Source: Isurus oxyrinchus (Eukaryota). From it: a stretch of 64,000 bases of DNA. The notes below the pieces were generated by a model that was not told the DNA's origin, did no database searches, and saw nothing but the letters and a program-made list of their open reading frames with translations. This document shows positions 50,378-63,170 of this stretch, one piece after another. The DNA is taken from NCBI GenBank assembly GCA_026770705.1, contig JANJGN010000056.1:1364001-1428000 (forward strand). The letters are read 5' to 3'. Positions within the stretch are counted from its first letter, which is position 1. The number at the start of each line of letters is the position of its first letter. A program made the translations under genes and the position numbers.

Positions 50378-50970
50378 CCGAGGCCTCGCTATTTAATCTG
50401 TCCGAAGTATCGCTTTTGAAACTAAATTATGCCTCGCTGTTTAACCTGTTTGAATTTTCACTCTTCAACATTTTTGAAGCCTCCCTGTTAAGCCCATTTG
50501 AAGTCCCCCTGTTACTCGTGATTAATGTCGCCATGTTGAACCTGACTGAAGTCCCCCTATTCAGCATGTTTGCAGTCTCGCTGGTTAAGCTGCTTGAAGT
50601 CTGCCTTTTTAAAAATGTTTGAAGTGTCCCCATTCAACCTGCTGCAACTGTTTGACATTTCACTCTTTAAGCAGTCCCGAAGCCTCGCTGTTCAAACTGC
50701 CCGAATAGGGATGTTTAAACTGCCCAAAATCTGACTGCTTAACCTGCCCAAAGTCTCGCTGTTTACACTGCTACTTAGACAAGCAGTTTGAAACAGTTTT
50801 AATACTCAATATTTAGCGGTTTGATGTCTCCTTGTTGAAACTGTCTGGCTGTTTAAACTTCCCGGAGTTTCGCTTTTTAATCTATTTGATGTTTCGCAGT
50901 TTAACGCTAATTTAAGTCTCTCTGTTTAATGGGTTTGAAGTCTCGCTGTTTTAGCTGCGTTAAGCCTCGA
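50378..50970. repeat. Degenerate 24-bp tandem repeat (gaagtctcgctgtttaacctgttt), ~20+ units, at the CR1 5' end
   Basis: 8-aa periodicity in ORFs 50374-50622 (EVSLFNLF) and 50427-50633 (LNSETS.R). Confidence 0.8.
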
Positions 50971-51849
50971 GGTGTGAAAAGTTGTTATTTGGTACCGAAG
51001 CTATTTTCACTTGTGTGATTGGCTATTTTTAGCCATGTATGGAGGGGTTGCCTTCATTTCGGTGCATGCCCGAAAATGGCGAGCGGCTTCAGAGTGCAGG
51101 ATTCCTGGCTGCTGCTAAGATGGTGATCGTTCACCATCATGATGTGCTATGCATCGTTCACGCACAAGACATTGAAGCAGTGAGAATTCCTTCATTTCCT
51201 GTTCCTCGCCTTGTTGACAATGGGGGGCCGCAAAGACAACATTGGGAATCCGGCATTCCGACAAAAGCGTAGAACGTCTGAACTTTCATCTTCCTGCTGG
51301 GAGAGAGAAGGATTATTCCCCTCACCCAGCTAGCCGCCATCCAGCATTTCATGTACTGCCATTGATACGTGCAACACGAGACAGCGATAGTTTAATACAC
51401 ACAGCAGGAATATTTTATGATGTTCAATTGAAAACCAACTTCGGTTTTGTTACACTAGATGTTACATTGGTTCTTGAAATGAAATGAATTAAATGATGAA
51501 AATTGACTAATTGAAGCTGACTGGATACTTGATTGTTTTTTATTTCAACCATGATGATTGTCTTTTCCAAACGACTAATCATTCAACAGACTAACACAGG
51601 AAATCGCATGACAGCACCAAGGGGATAGCTCAAGAGGCAGCGTCCGGATGAAAGCAATTACTCAGGTGTACAAATGGGCATTCAGGAAGCGATAGGAGAC
51701 TACGTAATGACATTGTCTATTGGAGAGAAAGTAGGAAAGCATAGTTAGAGTAGAGAGAGAAAGAAAAAGGGAGTGAGAGAGGCAGGACAATTAAACGTAT
51801 ATCACATGTGAATTTTGCACCAAGATGCACTGCTGAACGTTCAAGTACG

Positions 51850-52470
51850 TTAATAACATACATCGATTAAAACCCAAGAGTGCATTCGGCCTAACATGCC
51901 TGTACCGGCCCTGTACAAGAAGAAAAGTCCTCTGCACCTACCCGGCTTTCTCCCGATAGCCCTGCAATTGTTTGCTCTTCAAATAATCATCCAACCATAT
52001 TTTTGAACATCTCAATTGAATCTGCTCCCATCACATTATTCGGTGAGCACCCAAGATCCTGACCAATTGCTGCATGATGAAGAACGGAAAATATCACTTT
52101 TGTCTCTTACCTTAAATTGGCTGTCTATAGTTCCCAAAGGATAACAATTCATCCCCTCACTTCTGTACAAACTTATTATTTTCAGCGCCTCTTGATGTCC
52201 ACTTTGACTTCTCTTCTACAAGGATGACAATCCCAGATTTTGCATTCCAGATACACAAGAGAAGTTCTTCATCCCTGGATCATTGTCATCGAACTATTAA
52301 CAACTTCCCTCTTGCCTTCACACACTTCCTCCAGAAACGTTGGCCCGAACAGGAATGAATACTCCAGTTCAAGAAGAGCCAAATATTTATCCAGGCCTAT
52401 CAATGCTCTTTTACTTTGGATGCTCCCCAAAGCCTCTGTAACATCTGCAACATGCAGGTCAAGGCTATTT
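51850..52470 (-). mobile_element. Decayed CR1-type 3' fragment
   Basis: cattcggcc-containing 3' tail and the antisense ORF2 C-terminal signature atactccag. Confidence 0.5.
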
Positions 52471-52719
52471 TTTTAATCTCTGCAAGAAGTTTGACAGGAC
52501 AAATAACAATGCATTCTTATTGACTGAAGCCCATCCACTAGCTATAACAACCGCTCGCTCCATTATCAGGGCACATGGCTTTCTGTGTGTGCTATCTACA
52601 GGATATTCTGCAATGACTTACTAAAAGCTTGACGGTACATTCCAAATGTACAACATATGGTCCTTGAGAGGATATTGGTTGCAAAGAGTACATGCATTTA
52701 TTCACGCCATTTTCATGTC

Positions 52720-52940
52720 AATCTCTCTATCTATTTATCCATCCATCTGTCTATCCATCTATCTATCTATCTATCTATCTAAATATATATATATCAATAT
52801 ATGTATGTCCATCTATTCACCCTTCACTCTCGTTCGTTCTCTAATTCGCTTGCTGTATAACTCTCTCGTGCTCTCATTCTCTGTCACCCTCGCTCGCTGT
52901 GCCTCACTCTCTCTCCCTCTCGCTTGCTATTTGTCTTTTT
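52720..52940. repeat. (TCTA)n and CT-rich simple repeat
   Basis: tctatctatctatctatc run followed by ctct tracts. Confidence 0.85.
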
Positions 52941-54569
52941 AGTTAATCCGTTCAGTGTTAAGTCTTCTATCTGTCCAGCTATCTGTGCGTCTATCAGCCT
53001 ATAGGTCTGCCTGTCTAACGATGTTGATGATCGGTTATCACGATGCTATCACAGATGAGTGTCCAAGCAATAAAAAGTGTCAGTGTGGTACCTTGTGTGA
53101 GGTTACACCAATTCTATGTTTGCATTACCGAATGCAGAATTTGCATATCAAACTTGTACTAGCGGGATAATTAAACTTTGTCCGGGGGCACTTTTATTGA
53201 AGGGTTTTTTACCCTCTTGTCCTCAAATTTTGAAATTGTTGGTTGATTTCGCAATTTGGCTGTGCCCAAGGTTTGCATTAATTTTCAGGTTTGTATTTTT
53301 AAATGTGTTCTTCACTTGCCGGGGGTTTCTTTATTTGGCCCACAAGATATTGCACGTTGCATTGCCAGAGCAATCCACGGACAGATGTGGGCAGGGTATC
53401 TGTTCTCTCTAGAAGCTTGAATGTCACAGACAAGCATCCCACATGTGCCCTGTTTGGACATGGAATGGGCCCAGAAACAGAAAGCATTGGCGAACAACTG
53501 CACTTTCCACATTACTTCCCCTGGCGCTTCAGACCTTTTCATTTACCTATATTTACTTTGATCTAAATTGATAAAAATGTATTTCTCAGCAGCAAATTTT
53601 AGGACAATCATTCACCACCGTGACCATCCCCTATAGTATTCATCTGTTGCTCACGTATATACAACCCCTGGAATTGTCTTGACAGCAGACCTAGTTCCTT
53701 TTTTTGGCGTTTCACTTTGAAAATCTTTCTCTCATAAGGAGAGCGACTGACATAATCTGTTTGGTGAATCACTGAAACTAATTTATTTCTTCAGGAAGTA
53801 TGAATGTGGTAATGGAGATTTATCTGCCATATAAATAGGAGTTTCTCTGAAGGTATCATCTCATGATTTCCAGCAGGCTCAGTATAACTGCTTCAGCAGC
53901 AGTTTCTTAGTGCTTTACACAGTGACTAGAATTTGTGATGCTTCATCATTTGCTGACCATTTACAAAAGTGTTCCAGAAGCTCTCGTTGCACCATATACG
54001 TGGATTCACATAATCTCAGGCAAACGATATCGACTGCTGATTTTCCTTCCAGTCAGGGGATGTGGGAAACATTAGCTCTTTCGCAATTGTTCTTCAGAAT
54101 TTCGTGGTGAGCTAACATATTCAGCTTCCGCAGTCGGTGTGGTGTAGGTTAGGGCGGATATTCAGCACTTTGACACAGAGACAGCGAAGTAACAGCGATA
54201 CATTTCCAAATCAGGGCGATGAGTGGTTTGGAGTGTAACTTCCAGCTGGTTGCATTTCCAAATATCTTTTGCTCTATTCTTGCTGGATGGTAGCGCCTGT
54301 CGGTTTGGAATGTTAACAAAAGGACGTCATGCATGCAAAATGTGACAGTTTTTCTCTGCTCCCTGTTCCGAATGCTATGGTGCAAGTTCTAACCCGATGT
54401 TCTGTGTTCACCTAATGTGGTGTCTCCTTCCAGCTCTCCAATGATTTTACTGTGTTTCTTTTTCTTTCCAAAATGAATTTAAAGGATACAGAGATTTGTA
54501 TGTTTCAACTGACATGTTCTATTATTTGCTGTGTATCCATCTCAGCGGGAAAGTCTCCTTCTCATAAAG

Positions 54570-54639
54570 ATGGCAAAACTAAGACTTCGCCAGATTGAAG
54601 ACATTTACTATTATATTCTCGTGTCTATTGGCGTACCTG
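54570..54639 (+). pseudogene. Divergent GPR139-like gene, exon 1 (MAKLRLRQIEDIYYYILVSIGVP + G)
   Basis: ATG at 54570, 23 codons + 1 nt, donor G|gtcaga; IYYYILVSIGVP matches the family TM1 pattern. Confidence 0.75.
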
Positions 54640-55789
54640 GTCAGAGCATAAACAAAATCATTGGATGTATAAATGGATGTTGACTTTGTTCTCAAACGAC
54701 GTTTCTGATAACGTTCAATCGTTTCTTTACTGTTGGAGAGTGATCAAAGCTGAGATGCCAATTTAACCCGAACGTCACCTGATTTCTTATTGTTGCTGCA
54801 TCTCTAACACGGTAGATCCAGTGGTGACATTTTATTTTTTCTATAGGGAATGTTTTGTAACTGGGTGGACTCTGCAATAAATGTCATAACCAAGAGCAAA
54901 CCGAGCTTGAGGTTGTCGATACCACAATCTGTGCAAATCAATGCAAGATTCACCTTGAAATAATTGAAAGTGTTGGCTAATGGTTTCCAACCGTTTTGCA
55001 ATATTGCCAGCATGGAATCTCTGCCAACTCCCTTACATTTTGAGGCAGCAATATTTTTTACAGCTCAGTATGCAGGGAGGAGAGCTGGGTTGAAAGATAG
55101 AGCTGTGCATGCTGAGGACAATCGAATATCTTCATTATCTGTATATATTGAAAGATATTCATTTCTGTAGCATCTTTTGTCGACAACCTTAATGCATTTA
55201 CATGAAGTATAGACACTGTAGTAACGCAGATGTGCGACAGTCAGTTTGTGTTCTGGAAGCTTCCACAAGCAGCACATTGAAAGTGACCCAATCATCTTTG
55301 AATGTGAGTTTTAGCAGAGGTATTTATATCAGCCAGGGCACAAACCGTTAAGAACATCTTGTTGTTTGAAATGGTGGCATGCTTTTTTTAAACTTACGGT
55401 TAACCCGTGAATCCATTTTATATACGTTCTGAAAGTTGTTACTTCAGACAATACATAACTACTTCACTACGGCATTGGAGCATTAACTGAGAATTTTGTT
55501 CTCAAGCACTGATGCCAGACATAAATCGGTAACATCTATCTCGTCACAGAGATTGGTACTGAGTCGTAGGTGGTCCAATTTTGAAACACCAATGCGACCT
55601 GAGCACATATCTCATTCTCATTTTTGTGCACAATTTAACTTCCCACCAACCACTTCCTGCTGCAGTAAACCACACGACCAAATATAAGTGATTTACATTG
55701 AGAATTGAAGTGGATCGATATTATAAATTTTCTGACTTTCCTGTTCGTTTGGAAAGCTCACATTGCAAATCATATGCAGGTTCTTACAA

Positions 55790-56300
55790 AGGAACATAGG
55801 AACCTAAGAAATGGGAGTAGAAGTTGGCCCTTTGGCCCCTCGAGCTTGATCCACTACTGAAGTATATCATGTCTGAAATCATGTCTCAAGACATTTTCTT
55901 GCAATATCTCATAGGTATGGATGCTTTTAATGTCGACAGATTGGTTCATTTGTGCCTTCAACATATGCAATGCCTAAACCACCACCGCAAATGAAAGGAA
56001 ATAATTTCGAATATTCATCACCTACTGAGTGAATAAATTCCTCCTCACCTCAGTCCTAAATATCATATTTTTGTTCTGATATTGTGTCTCCGGCTTTCAG
56101 GTACCCCCGACATGGGAAGCATCCAACCTGCATCTACACCATTGAACCTGTAAGAAAGGTGTGTGCTTCTGTGAGATCGCTCCTTATTTATAAAAAGGTC
56201 CAAAGAGCATGGGCTCAGTCTCGCCAATGTCTCCACATAGGCCAATCCCAGCTAATTCCCAATTATCCAAGGTGTAAGTCTAGTGAACTTTCCATTTCGC
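55790..56300 (-). mobile_element. Decayed CR1 3' fragment
   Basis: gaacataggaacctaagaaatgggagtagaagttggccctttggcccctcgagc is a CR1 tail in antisense. Confidence 0.65.
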
Positions 56301-57637
56301 ACTCCCTCACGTTTTATCCTTACAACCAACCCCGTGCCCTCTCCAAATACAGACCATGACAATTTACTTTGTTCTTATTTTGGAAAGAAGACCGGCAGTG
56401 TTTACGATACATCGCTTGCGATGAGGCCCATCAGTCACTCTGAAATACTCTGAAATACTCAATTGCGTCACCAGTGAAATTCCATCGTAATTTTAGGAAG
56501 TACTGGGGCTTCTCATTCACGGTTGTACAACTATCATTCACACGCCCTCATAGCCTGAATCAGCTTTTGCCTTCATGAAGAAACAGGTCAGAAAGTAATA
56601 TTTTCAGTGCGTTAGTGGGTGAATCAAAATCCATAAAGAAGTTGGAAATCTCCAATTGCTTTCCAATGGCCTTGCAATTTCTCAATCCCCGACAATCAGT
56701 CTGTTGGGCACCTTGGGTGACATGAAACTTAACCGTAGCTGCCATGCAAAAGTTGGCCTCGAAAAGAAGGTCACGCGTTAGAAAATACACAGAGAGCATC
56801 TCATCTATTAAGATATAGATTCAGGGCACCATCAACTGTGTTTCTATTAGGAGAATGGTTAACTAACTGAGATGGCCGGGATTATTTCAGTGACAACAGC
56901 AATTCAAAAACTCAGCACAAGAAGAATGAAGTTGGCTGCTTGATCGGTATCACAACAATCACCATAAATGTTCCACATAATAATTACCGTGTTGGGGATA
57001 TTTCAGGCTTGTGATTACATTTTCCGGTTTGCGCAGCTGATTGTTCACAGCGCCTCGTGAATGCCCAATTTTGAGTTGTTGAACACGTTGACATTTACCT
57101 CTTTTAGCAGAATGTTTCTGCCACACAACGCGATGGAGAGAATCCCCAAGTGAAGGCGGATTTTGTGTGCTTAGGAACTGTGCAACGGTCAATACTATCA
57201 ATACTGCCATGAGCATATCCACGTGGGTAGGTTATTGGGGCGAGTTCAGTTTTGTTTTTCCATCTTGTTAATTTCCTGACCACATGCAAAAGTCCCAGTC
57301 TAGCAGTTTTCTTTATCACGCGGCCAGCTCGGCCATTAGTAGTGCTAGAGATTCTCTCTTGATCATAGCCACTGAAGCACCCTACGTGGAGTATACTTTT
57401 TATTGCCATCCCAAAATCTTCCTCCATTGATGATCACTCATTCATCATCTGAGGTGATCGATAGGGGTTAATCAGCAGTGGACTTTCCTTGCCCAAGTTT
57501 TACCTGATGCCATGAGATTTCATTGAATTTCCAATTACTTTTAAGGCTGTTTCAGATGCGTCACATTGAACATAAAAGTTTTGCAACAATGGCATTTAAG
57601 AAAGCAAACAAAAAATGAGCGATGGCTCGAAATGGGA

Positions 57638-58796
57638 TTGAGAATTAAGTTTTTAGATAAGATTATTTAACTGGGAGGTTGGTTTATGATGGAGATGAGC
57701 TTTGAAATCAATAAGAACTATTAATCTGCAAAAGATAAACTGCTTGAATCGTTAAGGTAGCGGAACTGCTGTCAATCAAGCAGGGTGCTTTGTCCTAGAT
57801 TAAGTCAATACTCTTGAATGTTATTGAAACATAACTCATCCAGACAAGTGTAGTATTTTCCAGTCACACTCTTGATTTGCGCCTTGTAGAAGAGAGATGG
57901 ACTAAAAAACACGGAGTGTTTGTTGGATAATTATTTACTGTCAATGATCATTGCCTGTCTCTGGTGTAAGGCGAATATAACTTGTCGGTTTTCAGCAGAG
58001 TTCTGTAAGTTACACATAGGCAAAGATTTCTTCAGCATCTGTTGAGTCGCAACTTTTGCTTAAGTTTGCGGAAATATGAATGGATGCTATGTCCACCCCC
58101 GGCTCCCCAAACCCAAACCTTTTCTGAGTACATGATGGAGAGAGCTTCATTGATGAAGTGGATTCAGATGGTTGCGCCCCGGACTATGACCTCAGCATCT
58201 CCTGAAGTGACATCAAGAGGCTGACGTGGGTGACTTGCAAAAATAAAAATCCTTTGTGCTCAGCATGGCTCCAATCAGTGGAGACTCCCCCCAGCTCCTT
58301 ACATGTATTGACTCAAATTTCACTTGCGATCCCTGCTACCATAAAATGACAAATGTTGTATTGATATGAAGCACAGTCGCTCTCGCATCACATCATGAGT
58401 TCAGCACCAATGTCCATGTCTGTATCAAATCTGAACGAAGAGCCGGAGCTCAGACGAACAGATAATCAGCGTAAAGGCCGATATTTTAGCTGTACTATTA
58501 CAACGTGGCTGGGAAGAATTTTCAGGGACACTGGTCTCCAATCCATTGGTGAAATCTGACAGGACCATATCCTATGCATCATCCAGCCCCTTCAGTCTTT
58601 ACTGTATATCACGCAATGTGAATCACATAGGCTGAAGACTGGCCCCTGCGATGTTACCATCTTCAGGAGGAGACCGTAATGTTCTATCTACTCCACACTT
58701 CAACCTCAATGTGGCTGCAAATTCTTTAGCCATTTTTTTATCACTGATGTGCTGAGCTCCACAATCATTGCCGATGAGGATATGGTTGGAGTGTTC
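57638..58796. repeat. Duplicated block, paralog of 21093-22295
   Basis: Colinear high similarity. Confidence 0.9.
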
Positions 58797-61700
58797 TCTG
58801 CAAGTGAGTTTTTTGAAATATGCAACAGCATTTAAGATAGCATGTGACAGGAAATCACGACTGATATTTGGTTATTTGTTTGTGGGACCAATTAACACTT
58901 CCTGTTGAGCGCTGCTTCCGCTGTTTTTGGCAAGCAAGTAGACTTGCCTAGCAGCTTCTTCAGGTTGAAACCTTGTTATTATCTGGGAATAGTGCCACTC
59001 CAGACATATTACATAAGTCGGCAAATATCCTTCTCCAGTATCCTCGAACACTTGACCTCGAACACCTGGAAGGGCAAGAACATAGGGACAATATAAATTG
59101 CACATTCCTTTCCAAGTCACAAACCAAAATGACTAGGAATAATTCGCCATTAATTGAATGACATTGCATCAAAAATCTGGAACACATTCTTCGAGCACTG
59201 TCTGTCGATTTGCCTCACTTCAGCTGCAACACTATAAAACCATTCCCTTCAAGAAGAAATAGAGAAAACGGAATGAAGACTGATCTTGTCAATGTACCGC
59301 AAGCAGAGGAAGTGCCACATCATGCTGAATCTATGAATAATGCATCCTTCTGCATTGAAATGATGAACCTAGCTGACTCCTTTCTTCCAAATAGATTGAG
59401 ACTAATCTCACATGCTTAAGTTATTTTAAGTAGTATCCAGTACCCTGGTCGCAAACTGAGAACATACACCTTCAAGTCACTCTTGAATATCCAAGTTTGT
59501 ACACAAAAGGCTTGGCTGAAAAGGCTGCCCTCAAACAACCACGCCAAACATCTTGCAACACGACCTCCATACCCTTGACCCCCAACCCCTACCGACTTTC
59601 TGTTCACAGCATTGAACGCGTCCCCATCAGGTCAAGGATTGCACTTCCGATTGGCTGCCGACACAGTTTTGAATGTCCCATTGCCTCCTGCCCGTTGCCA
59701 TGGTGACATTGCTGTTAAATTGATGTCGGATTTCGGCTCGTGGACAAAACCCCATCGCTCTCTGTTTGATCAGTCTAGGATCATGGGCCAAAGAGGATCA
59801 TGAGCCAAAGTGCACTGTACCTGGTCTCAGTTTCTTTTCCCAACTGCAAATTATTAAGGTGTCAGGAAGAGATTGTTGTTGCTTAAAATAGTGGATAATT
59901 ACACAGCATATACATATTTTAATTTCTCTATTTAATTTAGCAGGAAAGCGACTGGATTTTTTTTTTCGTTGTCTGTATTCCGAATTTGATAGATGCAATA
60001 ATGGATCATTGTTTGCATTGTTCAATATTTCTTTCAGCTGATAATTTACCGATTCATTTTTTGGGTATTTCAACGTTTAATTCGGAAATAAAACAGAAAA
60101 TATGTTGTTAATTTATTGATTTATTTTATAAAATTAGTTTTTACAAACTTCGGCTACATCAACCTGTAACTGTGAGAAATATTGTTTTCTAACGAGTTTC
60201 CCTATTGGCAGTGATGGCCAAGACAGTTTGAGTGCTGATATTTTTGTTAAACATCTTTGCATATTTCATGAAAGCGAATTGATAGTATGGAAATGACAAA
60301 TTAAATCTCAGTGTAAATTCATGATGTTGTAGGGATGTAAATAGTGGCTTTGCTCAGCTAACACCTGGATAGTAAAAGGGCAAATGAGGCCGACTTTCAT
60401 TTCTGTCGGACTTTGGTGGTTTCTTATGGATTTTGATTTTCTAATGCATGCATCATTTCCAGGGCAGCCTAAGGGTCATCAGAAAATCCCTACTTAGTTT
60501 ATGCACATTATGTGACCCTGTAAGGTTGTTATGATTGGTCTGATGGGATTTGCCACAGCCAATCAATATTGGATGCTTGCAATCGCCATTCAAAATTGTG
60601 AATGAGAGTTAGCTTATCAACTCACAAGCTGATCCAGAAATGTAAACCGCTCTTTATCCTTATTCGAATAATTCTTCTTAATGTTTTCAAAGTTCGTCAA
60701 AATCGTTAATCAACAACTTGCCTAAATAATCTGATTCAAATTATTGATTCACCATCTAATCAACATACAATGCCACATTGCATTGTTGTTTTCCTCAGTT
60801 CCAGTTTGCAACACCTATGCATCAGAATGCACTATTTTCTACAACCTTGAAAGAACATCATACTTCAATGAACGCTCGATTGTGAAAATGTGAATTTTCC
60901 ATTTCTAATCTGTTCATCTCGAGCCTTACTGGAGGTTTCAGTCGGAAAGCTGTTCTGAACCCTTACCTGATCCATGATAGACTATTGCAACCAGGACTGC
61001 ACACACAATGGAATTTAAGGATATGCATGTAGTCCAGTGTTATGTAATTAATTTTGAAATGCACAAAATGTTTTGATAAACGTTTGAATTAAGAAGTTAC
61101 ATTTCTGGTAGCATCAAATTGGTCCCTTCAGATTCACTGAGTAATGCTACCCCTCGAAATGCAAACGGAGGTTATTTAAGTGAGCAACATGACTTATATG
61201 ATGCAGCCAGGATCATCCAAGGATCAGAACAATTTCGCTTCATTTATACTGATGAGTGAACATAATCATTCTTTAATATGAATGCTTTTACTGTAAAGTT
61301 CCACATAATAACAAAGCATTGAATGAATTACTAAAAAGTTCCTGCTGTTTGAAAGAAAATTAAATATGGATTTACCAAACAGTTCTAAAATGCACTGATA
61401 TCCTGTTTCCGACAAATCTACAATGAAATTAGAATAAAAATCATTACTTTAGACATGGATTTGTTCTATGTCATCAGGTAATCAACAAATCGCAAGCTAA
61501 TTTTTCCAATCATGTCTTAGCTATTTCAAGTACTTTACCAACACAAGTCGATGTGCAACTCATGGTCAATTTCTCTCTGGGTTTTCTACATTTGGTGTCC
61601 AGCAGGAATCAGTGTTCATTTTTTCATTTCTAAACGTTTCACGAGGATGCAGTGTTTGAGATGAAAATGATTCTTTTCTGCTCTTTCAGAAACAAAGTGT

Positions 61701-62944
61701 TTTCTACTTCACCCGGTCAAAGAAGGGACCTCACTTCTGTGCCCTGAGTTGGAAAACTTCGAGTTAAATCGCAGTCAAATAATATTTCTGAATTGCTCAT
61801 TCACCAAATTTTGGTTATCGATCTAATTCCCATTTCCCCTGCATTTTACCATATCTACTAAATGTGCTTTAAAACTGGCCTGCCTGGAAAGAAACGTGGC
61901 CATGCACAAAACTGACTCTGCCCTGAAACTGCCAATAAATATTCCCAGACCAATATAATCAGTCTGCCTGACAATATCACTTTTTTTCCCATTTGGACAT
62001 TAAACTGCCCCTTGATCAGCACTGACTAAACCAGACTTCCCACCCTGCATAGTAAATGTTGCTTCAGTCCTTCTGCAATGATTCAGCGAAAGATACATTC
62101 TGAACTTTTCCTCGACAATGCTCAGCCTGCCTATCAATGTTAAATTACTTAACATGCCTTAAAACAACTGACTGGTCTGTCATGAGCCCCTACTTCACAC
62201 CGCCAGTCTCCATAAACACTCTTCCTTCCTTGCATCGTAGTTGAACGCCAGCATGAGGGCACCTGAGTAAACATTCATTCAGCCTCATCTATGTGGGACT
62301 TTTTTGTAGTCCAGTGACCATTATAACATTTCCTGTTTATTGCAATTCCACCTATACCATCCCAAGTGCCCAGATTTGCCCAGGGCTACGTTTTTTCTTC
62401 AAGCTGTCTCTCCTGTTGCACAATGAAACTTCCCACCACTTACTAAATCTATTAAATGCCCGGCACAATTTCCATCACTACATCTTCCAGAGCATAACTC
62501 TACTATGCTACATCTTTATTTTGTGCCCGTATTTCACAGTCCACATTGCACCTTCACACGTGAATTCGCTCTTTCCACCTCCTTTTTCTGATTTAAAATG
62601 TAACGTGCCAAGGCTTTTTTGGACCTTCAGTCAGTCCAGTACACATTCTCCCTCAATGCGTTCAATCTTCATTGCACAATAGCTGTCCAGAATTCATTGA
62701 GGGTGCTGCTCCCTAAGGATGAATAATCAATTAATGCTTCACCATCCTGGGCACTTTTACTAGGTTCAATGCATATATAAAACACGTTGCTATTGGAAAT
62801 CATGCTAAACATGCTTGCATCAAACACTTTAAAAGATGCACGAAGAAACTAAATTTGCACTGAATACCGTTTGCTGCAAACAAAAGAAAAATATGTTCAT
62901 CTGTGTTGTTTATCTCATGTGATGTCTCTCTCTCTCTCTTACAG

Positions 62945-63170
62945 TAAATGGCGTTACAATTGTGATTCTTTTGCGAGGAAAGCATGGTCTCTGCAAATGC
63001 ATTACATACTTTATGCTGGCAATGGCAGCGGCTGATCTCCTTGTTGATTGTGCTGTTATCATACTGACCGTTTAATTCTGGTCATTGAGGCCTGTGTGCC
63101 AGCTAGCTGCGACAATGCTTTGTGAGTCACATCAGACTCTTTCTGGTTAACATTGATATCTACCTTAATC
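62945..63170 (+). pseudogene. Divergent GPR139-like gene, truncated exon 2
   Basis: Acceptor (tc)n-ttacag|TA then NGVTIVILLRGKHGLCKCITYFMLAMAAADLLV, stop at ~63075, and a degenerate SDSFWLTLIST (compare DCSVWFTVTFT) before similarity ends. Confidence 0.85.

Larger units (their letters stand above)
45715..50970 (-). mobile_element. Approximately full-length, decayed CR1 LINE
   Basis: ORF1 start MAGPISH at 50356; zinc finger/leucine zipper HVCRKCLQPQLLENHLTELQ (~49530-49600); esterase-like VVSHIGTS (~49045-49068); APE endonuclease TAQIGFDVHNMIPVIETGLHGFQGWEMIIQG (48261-48488); ORF2 C-terminus LAVRKANDILDFITARLECR (46207-46410); 3' tail at 45715-45765. Confidence 0.85.

Noticed and set aside
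56560-57427. Three minus-strand ORFs of 79-107 aa
   Set aside because: No recognisable domain or convincing splice structure; the right end overlaps an old LINE remnant.
59798-60073. 91-aa ORF with a basic RQRKKK stretch
   Set aside because: AT-rich intronic sequence with no homology recognisable by eye.
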